Positions 51,120 through 63,514 of a DNA stretch of 64,000 bases are shown one piece after another. The position numbers were made by a program, and so were the translations under genes. Below the pieces are notes generated by a model. The model saw nothing but the letters and a program-made list of their open reading frames with translations. It made no database searches and was not told the origin of the DNA. Every line of letters starts with the position of its first letter. Position 1 is the first letter of the stretch. The DNA lies in assembly GCA_025786725.1 (NCBI GenBank), contig JAHLTZ010000002.1, positions 372,001-436,000 of the forward strand. Direction: 5' to 3'. The stretch is from Syncephalis fuscata S228 (taxonomy: Eukaryota > Fungi > Zoopagomycota).

Positions 51120-51745
51120 TTTACCATATTTGGTAGAAAACTTAATTAGCAATAACTTCATCACGTGACTATTCCCATTTTCGGTAATAGTCAGGGTCCT
51201 AGTAAAAGATGGCCATTCTTTCGGTTAAGACACGGCGATCCCAACACTACAATTGTTTCTAACTTTTGGCAAGAAACACAGCGCCTATAAATACCTGCAA
51301 TTCACGGCCCCATATTACTTATTAAAATAACACTGGCCCCATATCACTTGAAGAAGAAATTGAACAGACAAGCCGTTCAAGTTCTTCCTTCGCAGTATTC
51401 AAGACCATTTGTTATAGAATGGCCACCATATTTCTTAATCTTAATAAAATTATCTTATCTTGGTTTAAATTCTTTTTTATTTTATTTGAATTTTGAACCT
51501 TTTTGATCATTTCAGTCTTGCAGTGATTGCTAGACTGAACTGATCTTTTTATCTGAGTTAACACTATTTTAGTCATTTATTCTACTTCTGTGGAAATTGT
51601 TAATTAAAGGTTGATAATCTTTATTAATAAAAACAATTAAGTAAGTCTTAGATAACTCTAATTACTAACATTATAGGTCACTCAAGATCAAGCATAATAT
51701 TAGTAACCTGTTTATTATTCTACTTTTAGTGGAATAGTAACAATA
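51120..51745 (+). ncRNA. Candidate structured non-coding RNA of unknown class
   Basis: At least eight local hairpins plus one long-range pairing in ~630 nt between convergent genes; wobble pairs mostly read G-U on the + strand; no ORF. Confidence 0.35.
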
Positions 51746-51950
51746 GTTATACATCATTATTTAAAATGTTGATTTAATGATTTACAATATAGTAATTCAA
51801 AATTGTAAAGAAGCAAATGCTAGATATGTAAATAATGGAGAAATATGAAGCGTTAATAATACTAATGTGATTCGCTTATAATACTTTATTTAGCTATACT
51901 TGATTGCACATTTCATAAATTGAATAGATACGTTGAGAAATTAGACAATT

Positions 51951-53149
51951 TTAATTTACTTGCTGTTGTTGATGTTGCTGCTGCCTCGCTGCCTCTCTTT
52001 CGGCGGTAAGTCGAAGGATACGCTCGTAAACAGGCCGTGTCATTTTATGTGGCCAAATATTCATAGCCCATTTCTCGCCTCCTTGTACCGGTTCACCAGC
52101 ATGTTCCGTTCTAATAATAAATTAAAGTTAATAAAAGAGATTAAATACAATCTATAGTGTCATTGTTAGCTAAATATACCTCCAATCCTCTAGACCATCG
52201 CGGCCAAGATTTAACCAGAAAATAGCCGAGTTTTTTACCGGCGGGAATGCTAGATTTAATCTGGGGAAGATAGTAGCACCGCCAGCTTGTGGTGCATTCA
52301 AATAAACGATCATAGTGGCCCATCGCTGTCCCTTGATTCTACTCCAATCGTCAAACATTAACATGTCATCTTCGCGCATAAAATCATAATGCGGCTTATA
52401 CTGTTGTCCTGGCTGATAGCGAATCACTTGTAATGCCTCAATGTCTTCAGCGGGAATACTAGTAAATTGTTGAACGCGTTCTTGAATACAGTGTGTCACG
52501 GCGTCTGTATCGTAGGTGATCCATGATGTTGTTGAAGTGCGTACATCATCCTGGAAGCGAACACCATCGCTAAACTGAAGTCCAGAACGAGTCATGCTAC
52601 TAGCACTAAATATTATACGTATTAGGTAATGGTAATTGCTTGGATTATAAAATTAGCTTACCTAATATTCATCATATGATTTGCTTCTCCTGGCTGAAGA
52701 AAGTCTTCAATCACCATAATAAGTGGATCACTACGTACGATTTTAATTTTGTAGTCATGTTTACAAACATAATTACTACCAATTCTTCTTCCTACACCAT
52801 TTGGCGAATCAAACCAAACTGCATTATCGGAAATAGCCTCTTGAATTTGTGGCTGTTCGACTGCTATATTTGATTCACTAGGCGGTAGCTGGCTAATATT
52901 TTTCTTCAGAACTGCAAATAATATAGGCCCAAACACGGCTGCCACTAATGTAATTGAGACACCTAGCATTGCTAGTTGGCCAATCGAGTAGCCGCTCTTG
53001 CGGTATTGATCATAGACTCGTGTAGGCTGTGCCTTTACATTCGATGGTACTTTCCCGTCTAACATATCTTGAGATAGACCGTCATCACTGCTGCTCGAAT
53101 GCTTCGGGCTTTGGTTTCCGTTAGACGCCTTTGATTTCCGTTTAGTCAT
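51951..53149 (-). CDS. Prolyl 4-hydroxylase alpha-like 2OG-Fe(II) oxygenase 1, type II membrane anchored, 3 exons
   Basis: PLIMVIEDFL..EANH, VRTSTTSW, EALQVIRYQPGQQYKPHYDF (HxD), QRWATMIVYLN...GGATIFP, HAGEPV..GEKWAMNIW. Confidence 0.92.
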
Positions 53150-53468
53150 AGGGGGTATGCCAAGGCAATTGATTCCGATATATAGTTTGAATAAAATAAC
53201 GGCACTTGATATTCTGTCGTAGTAGTGGCACATACGCCCAACAATGCGGTTTATATAACTGCTTATTAACACACAAATATATTATGCCATTTTTACAAAT
53301 AAAAGGAGCATGTTAAAAGACCGACTCCCCTGCGCGTCTCCTGAACATGTCTTAGCTTAAAAGCCATGCACTCCTTTTGCCAATTTATTCTACGTAAAAA
53401 CATACGTAACATTGCATTTATTATAACAAAAATAGCATGCTTGTGCACTAGCTCATTAGGTGAGCTGC

Positions 53469-54488
53469 TCATGGATCCCAAACGTACTGCTCTTGAACTT
53501 CATCGGTCCACATGTGAGGCCAGAGATTAATGGCCCACTTTTCGCCCTCTTCTACAGGTTCTCCCGCGTGTGTTGTTCTATGCAATAGCAAATATGTTAA
53601 AAAGTAGTAGTTTGCAGTTAGTGTCTTGCAAATACCTAGTATCTTCGGTGGCATTCGGATGCATATTAATCCAAAATACTAATTGTAAAAATGTTAGTTT
53701 TGCCATGTAATATTATTAGCAGCAACAATTTACCGGCATCATTTTTCTTTACAGGAACACTGTATCCAAGCTCATAAAAAGCAGTATTACCGCCTTTAAT
53801 AGGTTCATGTAGATACGCCAAAATAGTGGCAAATCTCTGGCCAAACTGGCCCCAGTAATTTTTCTTTAAATACTCAATATCCAAAAAATCGGTATGTTTT
53901 TTGTATTCCTGCCCAGGGTGATAGCGCACCACTTGTAGGTATTCAAGACTTTCTCTATCTGCGCCAGTTAGTTGCGTTGCTCTCTCTTCAATACACTCAA
54001 CGACGTTCGTTAGTGACCGCTCGAGTATGGCACTATTCGACGTTCTGTATTTTTCTGTTTCTGTTCTATTTAAGGTTTCTGAGGGAACAAATTTGGTCTT
54101 TCTAAAATTAATGATAGAATCAGCAAGTAATTCTGCTTTACACGTAGATTACTTACGCTAGCTCCATAATATGTTCTGCTTCAGTATCTTGCAAAAATCC
54201 ATGGATATAAGCAACAAATGGTGAATGGCTTATTATTTTTAATGAATAGTTGTGGCGACATACATATTCAGTGTTTTCCATTGGTGCTTTTAAAACAGCA
54301 TTGGTTGAAGATAATAAAATTTCAAGTTGCGGTGCTAGGACAAGCGCAAATACGATAGAAAAAAACAACATTAACGATAGAGTTAGTTCAGAAACAGTGC
54401 CACTAGGAATAGCTGGCGGTGTAGTCTCTTTCGACTCTTTCGACTCTTTTGCTGACTGCTCAATCAAATCAGATGACTCTTGATCCAT
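53469..54488 (-). CDS. Prolyl 4-hydroxylase alpha-like 2OG-Fe(II) oxygenase 2 (tandem paralog), 4 exons
   Basis: TM segment; PFVAYIHGFL..EAEH, LQVVRYHPGQEYKKHTDF, QRFATILAYL...GGNTAF, HAGEPVEEGEKWAINLW. Confidence 0.9.
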
Positions 54489-54830
54489 AATCGCTTATAC
54501 TATTGGTAAAAAGTTGGTTGAAAATTAATACAAATTATCAATTGAAGTAGTAAAATAAGTGGTAAATAGATGTTATCGCACTGTTTATAAATATTGTTGT
54601 CTAAAAGGAGGCAACATGGTGTATATGAAAGGGGCTATTACGATTGCAATACATGTTTGCCAATAAAACAGCCACAATTTAGGATGTGTGTTAAAAGTAC
54701 AATTTAGCCAAAGCAACATTAAGACACATTAGGCATTACTGAATAACTAGGGCAAGTCACTGATGTCGCCCATCGTTAAATCAAGTGCTATTGTTAGTTT
54801 ACTTTTCTCCATTGCGTTTATTCAACGACC

Positions 54831-55876
54831 ATGAACACTACTTTGGTTAATAGCGACGCAGTCCATCGGATAGCATTATTTATAGAAAAGCAGATAAATG
54901 AACGGGTACATTCTACAGAAGCATCTACCAATATAATTGTCGGTTTAAATGGTCCACAAGGCATTGGTACATTATAATGAGTTAACTATCTAGCTTTACA
55001 TTAATCTTTAACATTAGGAAAGACTACAATAACTCGTGCTGTAGCCGCACAGCTTGCCACAGCTGGTCATGAAGTACATATTTTATCGATTGATGATCTT
55101 TATTTGACACATACAGATCAGCATGAATTGGCCACAACCACGGCAAATCCACTGTTAGCTCATCGTGGCCTACCCGGTACACACGACATTGATTTAGGCA
55201 AATCCATTCTTAGCGCTTTTCGAACGGGTGAGCAAGATATTCACGTACCAGTTTATGACAAGTCACTTTATAATGGTGAAGGCGATCGCTCTTTCGAATC
55301 AATCATTTGGTCTAAGGCATCATTAGCAACAGCAACAACAGCAGCAGCAGCTCCACGAATACTGTTATTTGAAGGTTGGTGTCTAGGATTCAGTCCTATT
55401 GATCAGTCGACGCTTGAATTACAATTGGCCTCACCTACAAAATCGATTCTTCATCAGTAAGCAATACACTTGGATATATCAAAAACATAAATAAATGAAA
55501 ATAACTAAATGTAAATACTATCAATAGGTATTCATTAGCTCATTTAGAGACAATCAATGCCAATTTGGCTTGCTACGTCGATGCATGGTATCCATTCATT
55601 GATTTATTTGTTATACTGGAAGCTGAAAAGCTCAGTAGTGTATACGAGTGGCGTGAACAACAAGAAGAAGCACTTCGACAAAAAAACAACGGCAGTGGCA
55701 TGTCGGCCGCGGCCATTCGATCCTTTGTCGATGTATTCATGGTGGGCTATTTACTATGGCTATCTCAGCTCTTGCAAGCTGGCATCCGTAGCACTGATAC
55801 ACAACGGAATACACCCACGTTAACACTCACTTTCAATCATCAACGCGAAATCATTCGTACAAAACAAAGCAAATAA
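54831..55876 (+). CDS. D-glycerate 3-kinase-like P-loop kinase (GLYK/Tda10 family), 3 exons
   Basis: IVGLNGPQGI/GKTT (Walker A), LSIDDLYL, RGLPGTHD, VPVYDKS..GEGDR, LFEGWCLGF, VYEWREQQE. Confidence 0.88.
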
Positions 55877-55888
55877 GATTTATTAAAA

Positions 55889-58208
55889 TTAAAATTTAAA
55901 GTCTTTATATTTCTTGTCTTTTGATTTGGCATCTGTCACTTTTTGTCGCTTCTTTGCTTGTTTATTCGCATGATCTGCCACCATATCACTAAAGTCTTGT
56001 TGGTCACTTCGTTTTGCCTATAAGCGATAGACCAATTAGTAAATAGTTATTGTAGGTTTATTAGTCTATTCATCAAATACTTACGCCCATTTCTGCTTCA
56101 TAGCGTGCTTTAATGGCATCTTCATCCAAACCTTCGACTTCTGATGGATCTAAAGCCACTTCAACACCTGGTCCAGTTGGTTTTCGCTATCGTTTTGATG
56201 TTAATGCATTAATACCTTGTTGTATCTACAATTTACCTTGTTTCCTTTTCCAGAGCCGGCCAAATCATATACATGTTGTGATCCCATAAATCCCTTAATA
56301 GTGCTTTCTTTTTCTTTAAGTACTTGGTACAGTTCACGTGGCCCCTCATCCGTTCTATACAAATCATACAAAAGTTACATGTTACAATTACGCTAAAATA
56401 AAGCATGATACTTACCGTCGTGGCTCTTTACGTAATTCAATATGTTCTGGAGTTGTTAAACCAGTAGCAACACTGCTAATGCCACTGGGTGTTACAAGAC
56501 CACCTTGAAGTGCTCCTATCTCCATTGATAAGTATTGCTTTTACATATAATCATTATCGCTTACCAGTATCCTCTTCTACTTCCTCTTCATCTTCATATC
56601 GACGAGTATCCTCCTCTGCCTCAGACTCTTCTTCCTCCTCCTCTTCAGTCTCCTCTTCTTCCTCCTCTTCCGATTCTAACTCGCCCCATAATGCTTTATC
56701 TATTGGCATCATATCCTATCAAATATCTAGTTAATTGTTAATCCAAACATTTATGTCCGCTATTCTCACCTCTTGAGGAATGACGGGCCTTGATACGCCA
56801 AATACATCGCCATACAATGGACGATTAAACTAAATACATCTATTATTAGATATTAGAATAAATAATATCTACATTACTTGCCTCGTCTACTGGAGGTTTA
56901 CCCCAGCCACCTGGATGATATCCCCATTGAGCACTAATCAATAGATAAATAGATAGATAAACAATATTAGATAAACTCAATAGTATCAGCCATTATAAAT
57001 ACCCTTCAGGAATAGGCGCACTTAATCCAGGTATTTTAAGTGTAGGATAACTTGGTGGCGGTCCATATCGCTGCATATTAATCAACCAAGGTGGTGGGGC
57101 TAATGGTGGAATACCAAGTGCATTAATCAGTTCATCGGACAGTTCACCGGGCCGTTTTTGCTTTAAATGTGTCTCGAATTCTTTGCCTTCATAATAGCTA
57201 TAATTTATCCATTCAGTTATACATATATTAATACTACACAATAACTTACACGTCACCATGAATTGTCATACGAGGCTTTGTTTGATATCGGAAAAATGCA
57301 TCATGTAGTTTTTGATAGTCAATTTCTAGTTTGCCCATCTTTGGCTGTACTCGTTCGCGTGTCTTCGACTTGAGTGTCTGCTGGTCCTCTTTATCTTGAA
57401 TTGCCTGTCTCATCTCCATAATGCCGGTTTCTTTAATAAAATCTATTATATACAAATGGACATATTATTATTAGTGCTTTGTCTAATTAGTCAATTTAAT
57501 AACTTACCTGGTAGTTCAAAGGGCGGCTTTTCAATACCACGTTTATTTTGTAAATATTTTCTTTTTTGGCTCCAATGAATAGGCACAGGGACGGTATTAC
57601 GATATGATTTAAGGCTTACTAATAATTTAGGATCGGCTGCAGTAGCATCAACCCACTGGTCATCATACTCAATTGTAAATGCATAATAAATAGCGAGTTT
57701 TAATTAAACTTACCTCTACAACTTCTGGTTTAGTTACAAGTTGCTTAAGTTCAGCAACAGTTAATCGATTGATTTTTTTTAATTTCTTTTTAGATAATGG
57801 CTCATCTTCATCCTCTTCATCCTCTTCTGCATCTGATCCAGATGCTTTGGCTTTAGCCGTACCATCATCCTCGGCTGTCTCATCATCAACGTTTTTGTTA
57901 GTTGACGTTACAGGTAGCTCTTCGTCTTCGTCTTCGTCAGCTCCACTGCTTAGTTTTTGGAATTTGGCAAATACATCGGCAAATACTTCAAATTCCGGCT
58001 CATTCAATTCTACGTCTGGTGTAATATATTCTACTTCTACATTCTCTAGTGCAGATGCCTTGGACGCGCCATCACTACCTGGGGCTGTGCTTAATAGGGC
58101 GCGACGCTCTTCTGCCTCTCGTTGCTGTTGCTCTTGCTTTTCCTTCTTACTGCGACGCTTACGCTGTCGCTGTTTGGCCTGTGTCGGATTGGTCGTTTCA
58201 CTAGGCAT
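55889..58208 (-). CDS. CUS1: Splicing factor 3B subunit 2 (SAP145), multi-exon
   Basis: RLTVAELKQLVTKPEVVE/W, NTVPVPIHWSQKRKYL, DYQKLHDAFFR, PPPWLINMQRYGPPPSYP, GWGKPPVDE/FNRPLYGDVFG, and the KDFKF* end. Confidence 0.96.
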
Positions 58209-58883
58209 GGCTATAGTGATCAAACCTGCAACGCTTTATTAGATCGTCGATGAAATACTTGCACCGTACCAATAATTTACAGCGTAGAGGATCGTGGCGT
58301 GTATCAGTAGAATGGAATAGTATAGATTCAACGTTTGGTGATGAATAAAACGAATTCCGGTGATCGTAGAGAAAAACAATCTATCCTATCCATTAACGTG
58401 TGATTTAATCTTTAATTTGGTTTATTTACTAATTACGAACTAAACTAACTGTGCTTACATTTAAAGATTTCACTCGTTTTTATTACACATTATTTGAATA
58501 GTAATTATTTCACTTTAATAACCGATTTACTCATTAAATAAACTACCATTTATTTGTTCAGCCCTATCTGTTGTAGTAGTAAAAGGTACTAAACCATAGC
58601 CGTAGTTTCGTTTGAACGACATTATATTCCTGTACAACCATGTTTATTTGTTTTGCTGTTTGTTTTTTATTATTTTTTTCCTCTACTTCTCCGTATTATT
58701 GTACTATAATCGTAGAGTTCAACGTAACAAGTACCCTACTATCGACACGAGTCCATTCGCTGCTCAAGGGATGTGGGACCAAGCGATATAACCCATCGTC
58801 ATGTGAACTGCATTGCTATGTACATATTCATACAATATATTGATTAGGAAAAATATGTCGCGTGCTGACCATCTATTTTAGTG

Positions 58884-59029
58884 GTGGAGTTGACTTCTGC
58901 TGCCTAGGCGGGGCAAGAACGTGGGCTGATCTTGCGTACTGAGCCAATCAATGGAAGCAGCACCGCTCATTCCAAAGAGGCCCTTCCATTGTTGCATCAT
59001 CGCCGACAGCACGAATGTTCTTTTAAATA
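58884..59029 (+). promoter_or_regulatory. Putative sterol-responsive promoter module: GC-box, SRE-like site, CCAAT box, TATA-like
   Basis: GGCGGGGC 58907-58914; GTGGGCTGAT (reverse ATCAGCCCAC) 58921-58930; AGCCAATCA 58942-58950; TTTTAAATA 59021-59029. Confidence 0.4.
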
Positions 59030-59200
59030 CAGCGGTGGTGCATGCTCGTTGCTCTAATTAGTTTCTTTATACAGAGTCGCAAGCCGCCCTTCTTAGCTCT
59101 ACCTTTTTTCTTTTATCTGTGCTCTTTAGGACTAGTTGCTGCTGTGTTTTTTCGACTACACACACCACACCTATCTCCATATTGGGTGCTCGTCAACAAC

Positions 59201-60959
59201 ATGACATCCGATCTTCGCCAACGCCCCACGGGCAAGGGCGCTAAAGCCCAGAAATCTGACGAAAAAGTCGTTGATACGCGGACTGACACTTGGGGTCGCG
59301 CTTTCGGTAGGTAGTCTTGCTTAAGCGTTAATATAGATGTTTACTAATATACTACGATGTGATAGAAATTTCTTATTTGACCCGTGCCATATGCGCAACC
59401 ATCGTCATGTTCTGCCCATTGATGGTGATTGTTTTCTGGTCAGCCTGCACTCATTATCAGTGTTCTTTAACGGCCATCGGCCACCGTGCACTCGCTACAC
59501 CATACACTGCTGAAGGTCTTTGGCAATTATTTATCGACGTGTTCCCCACACCAACCAAGGAAGGCTTTTTGCTTTTTGGTGGCTGGTTGATCTACCAAGG
59601 TGTTCTCTACGCTATTGTACCAAGTATGATTGGCTATGGTCAACGTACGCCAGCTGGTCATTTATTGCCATACAAGGTACACATAAATACATATCCCATA
59701 TTTAATTACTTATATATATATATATATACCAATAACTACCACAGGTCAATGGCTTTAACATCTGGATCTTGACCCATGTTCTATACCTTGTTGGTTCCGT
59801 ACAATTGGGTCTATTCCGTGCTAGCATTATCGCCGATCATTGGGGCGGTCTTCTAGTTGCCACCAATGCCTATGGCTACTTTCTCTCGGCCTTCAGCTAC
59901 ATTAAGGCTTACGTTGCCCCATCACATCCTAATGACCGTAAATTCTCTGGCTCATGGATCTACGACTTTTTCATGGGTATTGAGATGAATCCACGCTTTG
60001 GCAAACTATGGGACTTTAAACTTTTCCACAATGGCCGTCCAGGCATCTGTGCATGGACCTTGATTAACTTGAGCTTTGCAGCCAAGGAATTTGAAGTTAA
60101 AGGATATGTTAGCAAGGAAATGATTGCATTGAACATTATGCACGCCGTTTATGTCGTCGACTTTTTCTACAATGAGGTAAATATTAACCAAATAAATTTA
60201 AATAGTTTACATAGCACTTATTAACCAATCTATATTTAATAGGATTGGTATCTTCGCACCATTGATATTGCCCATGATCACTTTGGTTTCTGTAAGTATT
60301 TGTGCTTATTTGCCGACTATTACTGTTACTAATAGTGGCCTGAACTATTCTAATAGATCTTAGCTGGGGCGATTCTGTCTGGCTACCATTTATGTACACG
60401 CTTCAATCACACTACTTGCTACGCAATGCCGTTGAACTAACTCCGGTGCAATACGCTATTGTATGGGGACTTGAACTAGGCGGTTACTTTATTTTCCGTG
60501 CCGCTAATCACCAAAAAGATATTGTACGCCGCACTAATGGTGACTGCAAGATTTGGGGTAAACAGGCACAATTCATTCGTGCAGAATATTTAACTGCTGA
60601 TGGCAAACAACATAAGAGTATTTTGCTTACTTCTGGTCTATGGGGTAAGTAGTAATATATATATATATATTAATAGCTCTATTATTAATTAATCAATTAC
60701 TAACCATTATTATTATTATTATTATTATTTAGGTGTTGCACAACATTTCAACTACATTGGTGATTTAATGATGTGCGCCGCTTTCTGTATGTGCTGTGGA
60801 TTCGAGCATCTTTTGCCATGGTTCTATGTTATCTACATGACTATCCTTCTTGTGCATCGTACTCAGCGCGACGAGCATCGTTGCCGCGCCAAGTATGGTG
60901 CTTACTGGGAGGAATACACTAAAGCTGTTCCATACAGAATGCTTCCTTTCGTTTATTAA
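59201..60959 (+). CDS. DHCR7: Sterol delta-7 reductase (7-dehydrocholesterol reductase; ERG4/ERG24 family), 6 exons
   Basis: [85 protein letters not shown]. The TPAG and NGRPG motifs are delta-7-reductase type. Confidence 0.9.
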
Positions 60960-61103
60960 AGCAGCTATAACACAACACAATAAAGACGATATCGATTCAA
61001 TTTTTATGATCATTCACTAGTCACTAATACATTGTCTAAATCAACGCTATATACAATGAATCCTTCATTATTTATTATAAATCGCAAAAAGTCAATTAAA
61101 AGA

Positions 61104-62072
61104 CTATTTTGAGTTAACCTTTTGCCATTGTGACTTAATACCCATCAACGAAGTGATAGTACTAGTATTGATATAATAGCAAATAGAAATAATGGATTAA
61201 TATAGAGCAAATAATACATAAACAACACTTACCCGGCAAGACCTACAAGGCCGTCGTTAAGACCGGTGTATTCAAGGGTGGTGGACGGGATAAGAATATC
61301 AAATCCATCCTGGACTAATTGGCGCTGAATACCTGCCTTCTCCCTATCATATCAACCGTAAATAGCCATAATAAAGCAAAGCTTCCATACTAAAAATAAT
61401 AAACTTACTTGCGGATTTGACGTAAAGCTAGACGTGTATCTTCGTTAGCCGAGGCATGGCCACCTTGAGCCTTAATGGCACGTTGCAAATCAGCCTGACG
61501 GCACGTAGTCTGACGTAGTTTATAAGCGCTGGCAATTAGGTTCAAAGCAATACCAATCATCCAGAAACGTGCAGCCTTTTGGGCAATTGATCGAATATTT
61601 TGGAAGCGATAGACACCCGCCCATGGATCTACAGTTACATGTATGAATACTTGTTATTAATATCTGGTTATTATTTTAGATACGCTTGCTTACCCATTGG
61701 AACATATCATAGACAAGATAAATACCCAATGAAGCTGAACGGCCCACTGACAATACACGAAGCACCTCGTCGCGTTGATTAAGCGATTTAAACAGTGTTT
61801 GCAAATGCTCGATAGGCTTTCCAACACGCATCACTAAACATAGTAAATAACTATTGTACGAGACTTTAATTCAGCTTACATTTGCGCGCTAATCCAATAG
61901 AGGATTTAAGGTTAGCTAGTCGCTGTATCGTTTCTTTGCTATAGGTTCCGCGCTGGGCCAAGTAATAAGCGAGGAAACGCGCGAAATACTGGACAAACCG
62001 ATAGACTTTGTCACGGCCCACAGTGGTGGCAGCGAAACGCAGCTGAGCCTCTACATTCAACGACTTGGGCAT
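61104..62072 (-). CDS. PEX11: Peroxisomal biogenesis factor 11, multi-exon
   Basis: LRFAATTVGRDKVYRFVQYFARFLAYYL...IGLARK/LMRVGKPIEHL...AARFWMIGIALN...QLVQDGFDILIP...QWQKVNSK*. Confidence 0.92.
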
Positions 62073-62289
62073 TGTAAGAGGTAGAAAGTGGAATAGGAAT
62101 TCAAACAATAGTAAGCAACTGGGTGGACAATCGAGAAAAGGCGACAAATGACGTAGATTTGCCATGACGACTGCAATTACTTGCAGCGATGAAGAGAAGT
62201 GCTGCTGACACGTCAAATCGGATCCATGGATCACCGAGGTTCATCCGATGTTTTCACGTGCTGTCACAGCTCTCTAGAATACAACAAAT

Positions 62290-63407
62290 ATGACTACGGC
62301 AAGTAATTGGGCACCAGAGCTAGTGAAGCCCTTGCCGGCAAGCGAACGTATCCGCATCTATGTGATTCGTAACGAAGCACTTATATGGCATGCTATGGGT
62401 AAGTGCTACTTTTATTAATAAACTGTGGTTGGTTTAATAAGAAAAGAAAAGACGTGGCCCGATTACGCGATTGCTACCATATAACTGGCACTCTGGTCGA
62501 ATCATTGCCCAGACAGCCGCTGCAGAATATTATACATGGTCTACCGCTTCAATTAATGGCAGAGGAGGTCACTCTTTTATTAGAACTGGGTAATTAATGA
62601 TATAACTATGTAAATGTACCTATGCATTAATAGTATTGATATGGCGTATCATAGGTATTGGACGACTGGTCGATGAGACGTGTGCCTATAGATCACCAAC
62701 ATCGGATGAAATACTAGCTTATGAACAGTTACTGAGAGAAGGGGAGCGAGAAAGAGATCGTGCGGTGGCAGTACAAAAACAAACAACAGCGGCTGAACAT
62801 CGTACTCAACAAAATACATCCAGCACTGATGACAATGTTATTAGAGTAGAAGATTTAGTAGATAGTTGTAGTGAAAATAAGAGTTTGCAAACATCTGTTG
62901 TGGCACACGTACCAACAGCTACACCCAGTGTCCCTTGGCATATAGAGCAGCTAGGAAAAAATGTTTACGATACATGGATAGATGCTCAAAAGGCAGGTGT
63001 TTGGCGCTTTCCATCAACAGTATTGGAATGGCGCTCCTTTCAAGTATATCGGGATTTATGGCGACAGGGATGGTGGCTAGGCAGTGGTCTAAAATTTGGT
63101 GGACAATATCTAGTTTATGCTGGTAAGTAAACAGATTTTGTTGTTATAAAGCCTAATGGATAATATAGATAATCCACGACATTGCCACTCAACCTTTGTT
63201 GCAACTGTGTGTTCACCACACGAGCAGCATAACTTTACACATTTCGTTAGACTAGGCCGACTTGGAACAGCGGTACGCAAAACGCGTCTGCTTTGTATTG
63301 TAGCCGATCCGGACAATTTAACATTTGAGAAAGAGCAGCTCGAAATAGCCTCTAAAATGCTATATTCATCTGTATATTATTTACGATTAGAATGGTCAGG
63401 ATGGTAG
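62290..63407 (+). CDS. SEN34: tRNA splicing endonuclease subunit Sen34, 4 exons
   Basis: ITGTLVESLPRQPLQNIIHGLPLQLMAEEVTLL, VYRDLWRQGWWLGSGLKFGGQYLVYA/DNPRHCHS, GRLGTAVRKT, YLRLEWSG. Confidence 0.92.
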
Positions 63408-63514
63408 TATAAGAGTTAATAATCAAGCATGGATGCAATAAATTGACAGTGTTTAAATTAAATAAAGCTTTAATAGAATTTGTAATTGCATAAGCAGCGT
63501 TATGAACTTTTCGC

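Noticed and set aside
51500-51515. GATCATTTC as U3 snoRNA box A
   Set aside because: The flanking GAC/A' box and downstream C', B, C and D boxes are not recognisable.
29379-62072. Heme oxygenase, P4Hs, DHCR7 and PEX11 as an oxygen/sterol gene cluster
   Set aside because: They are interspersed with unrelated housekeeping genes and no shared regulatory motif was seen.
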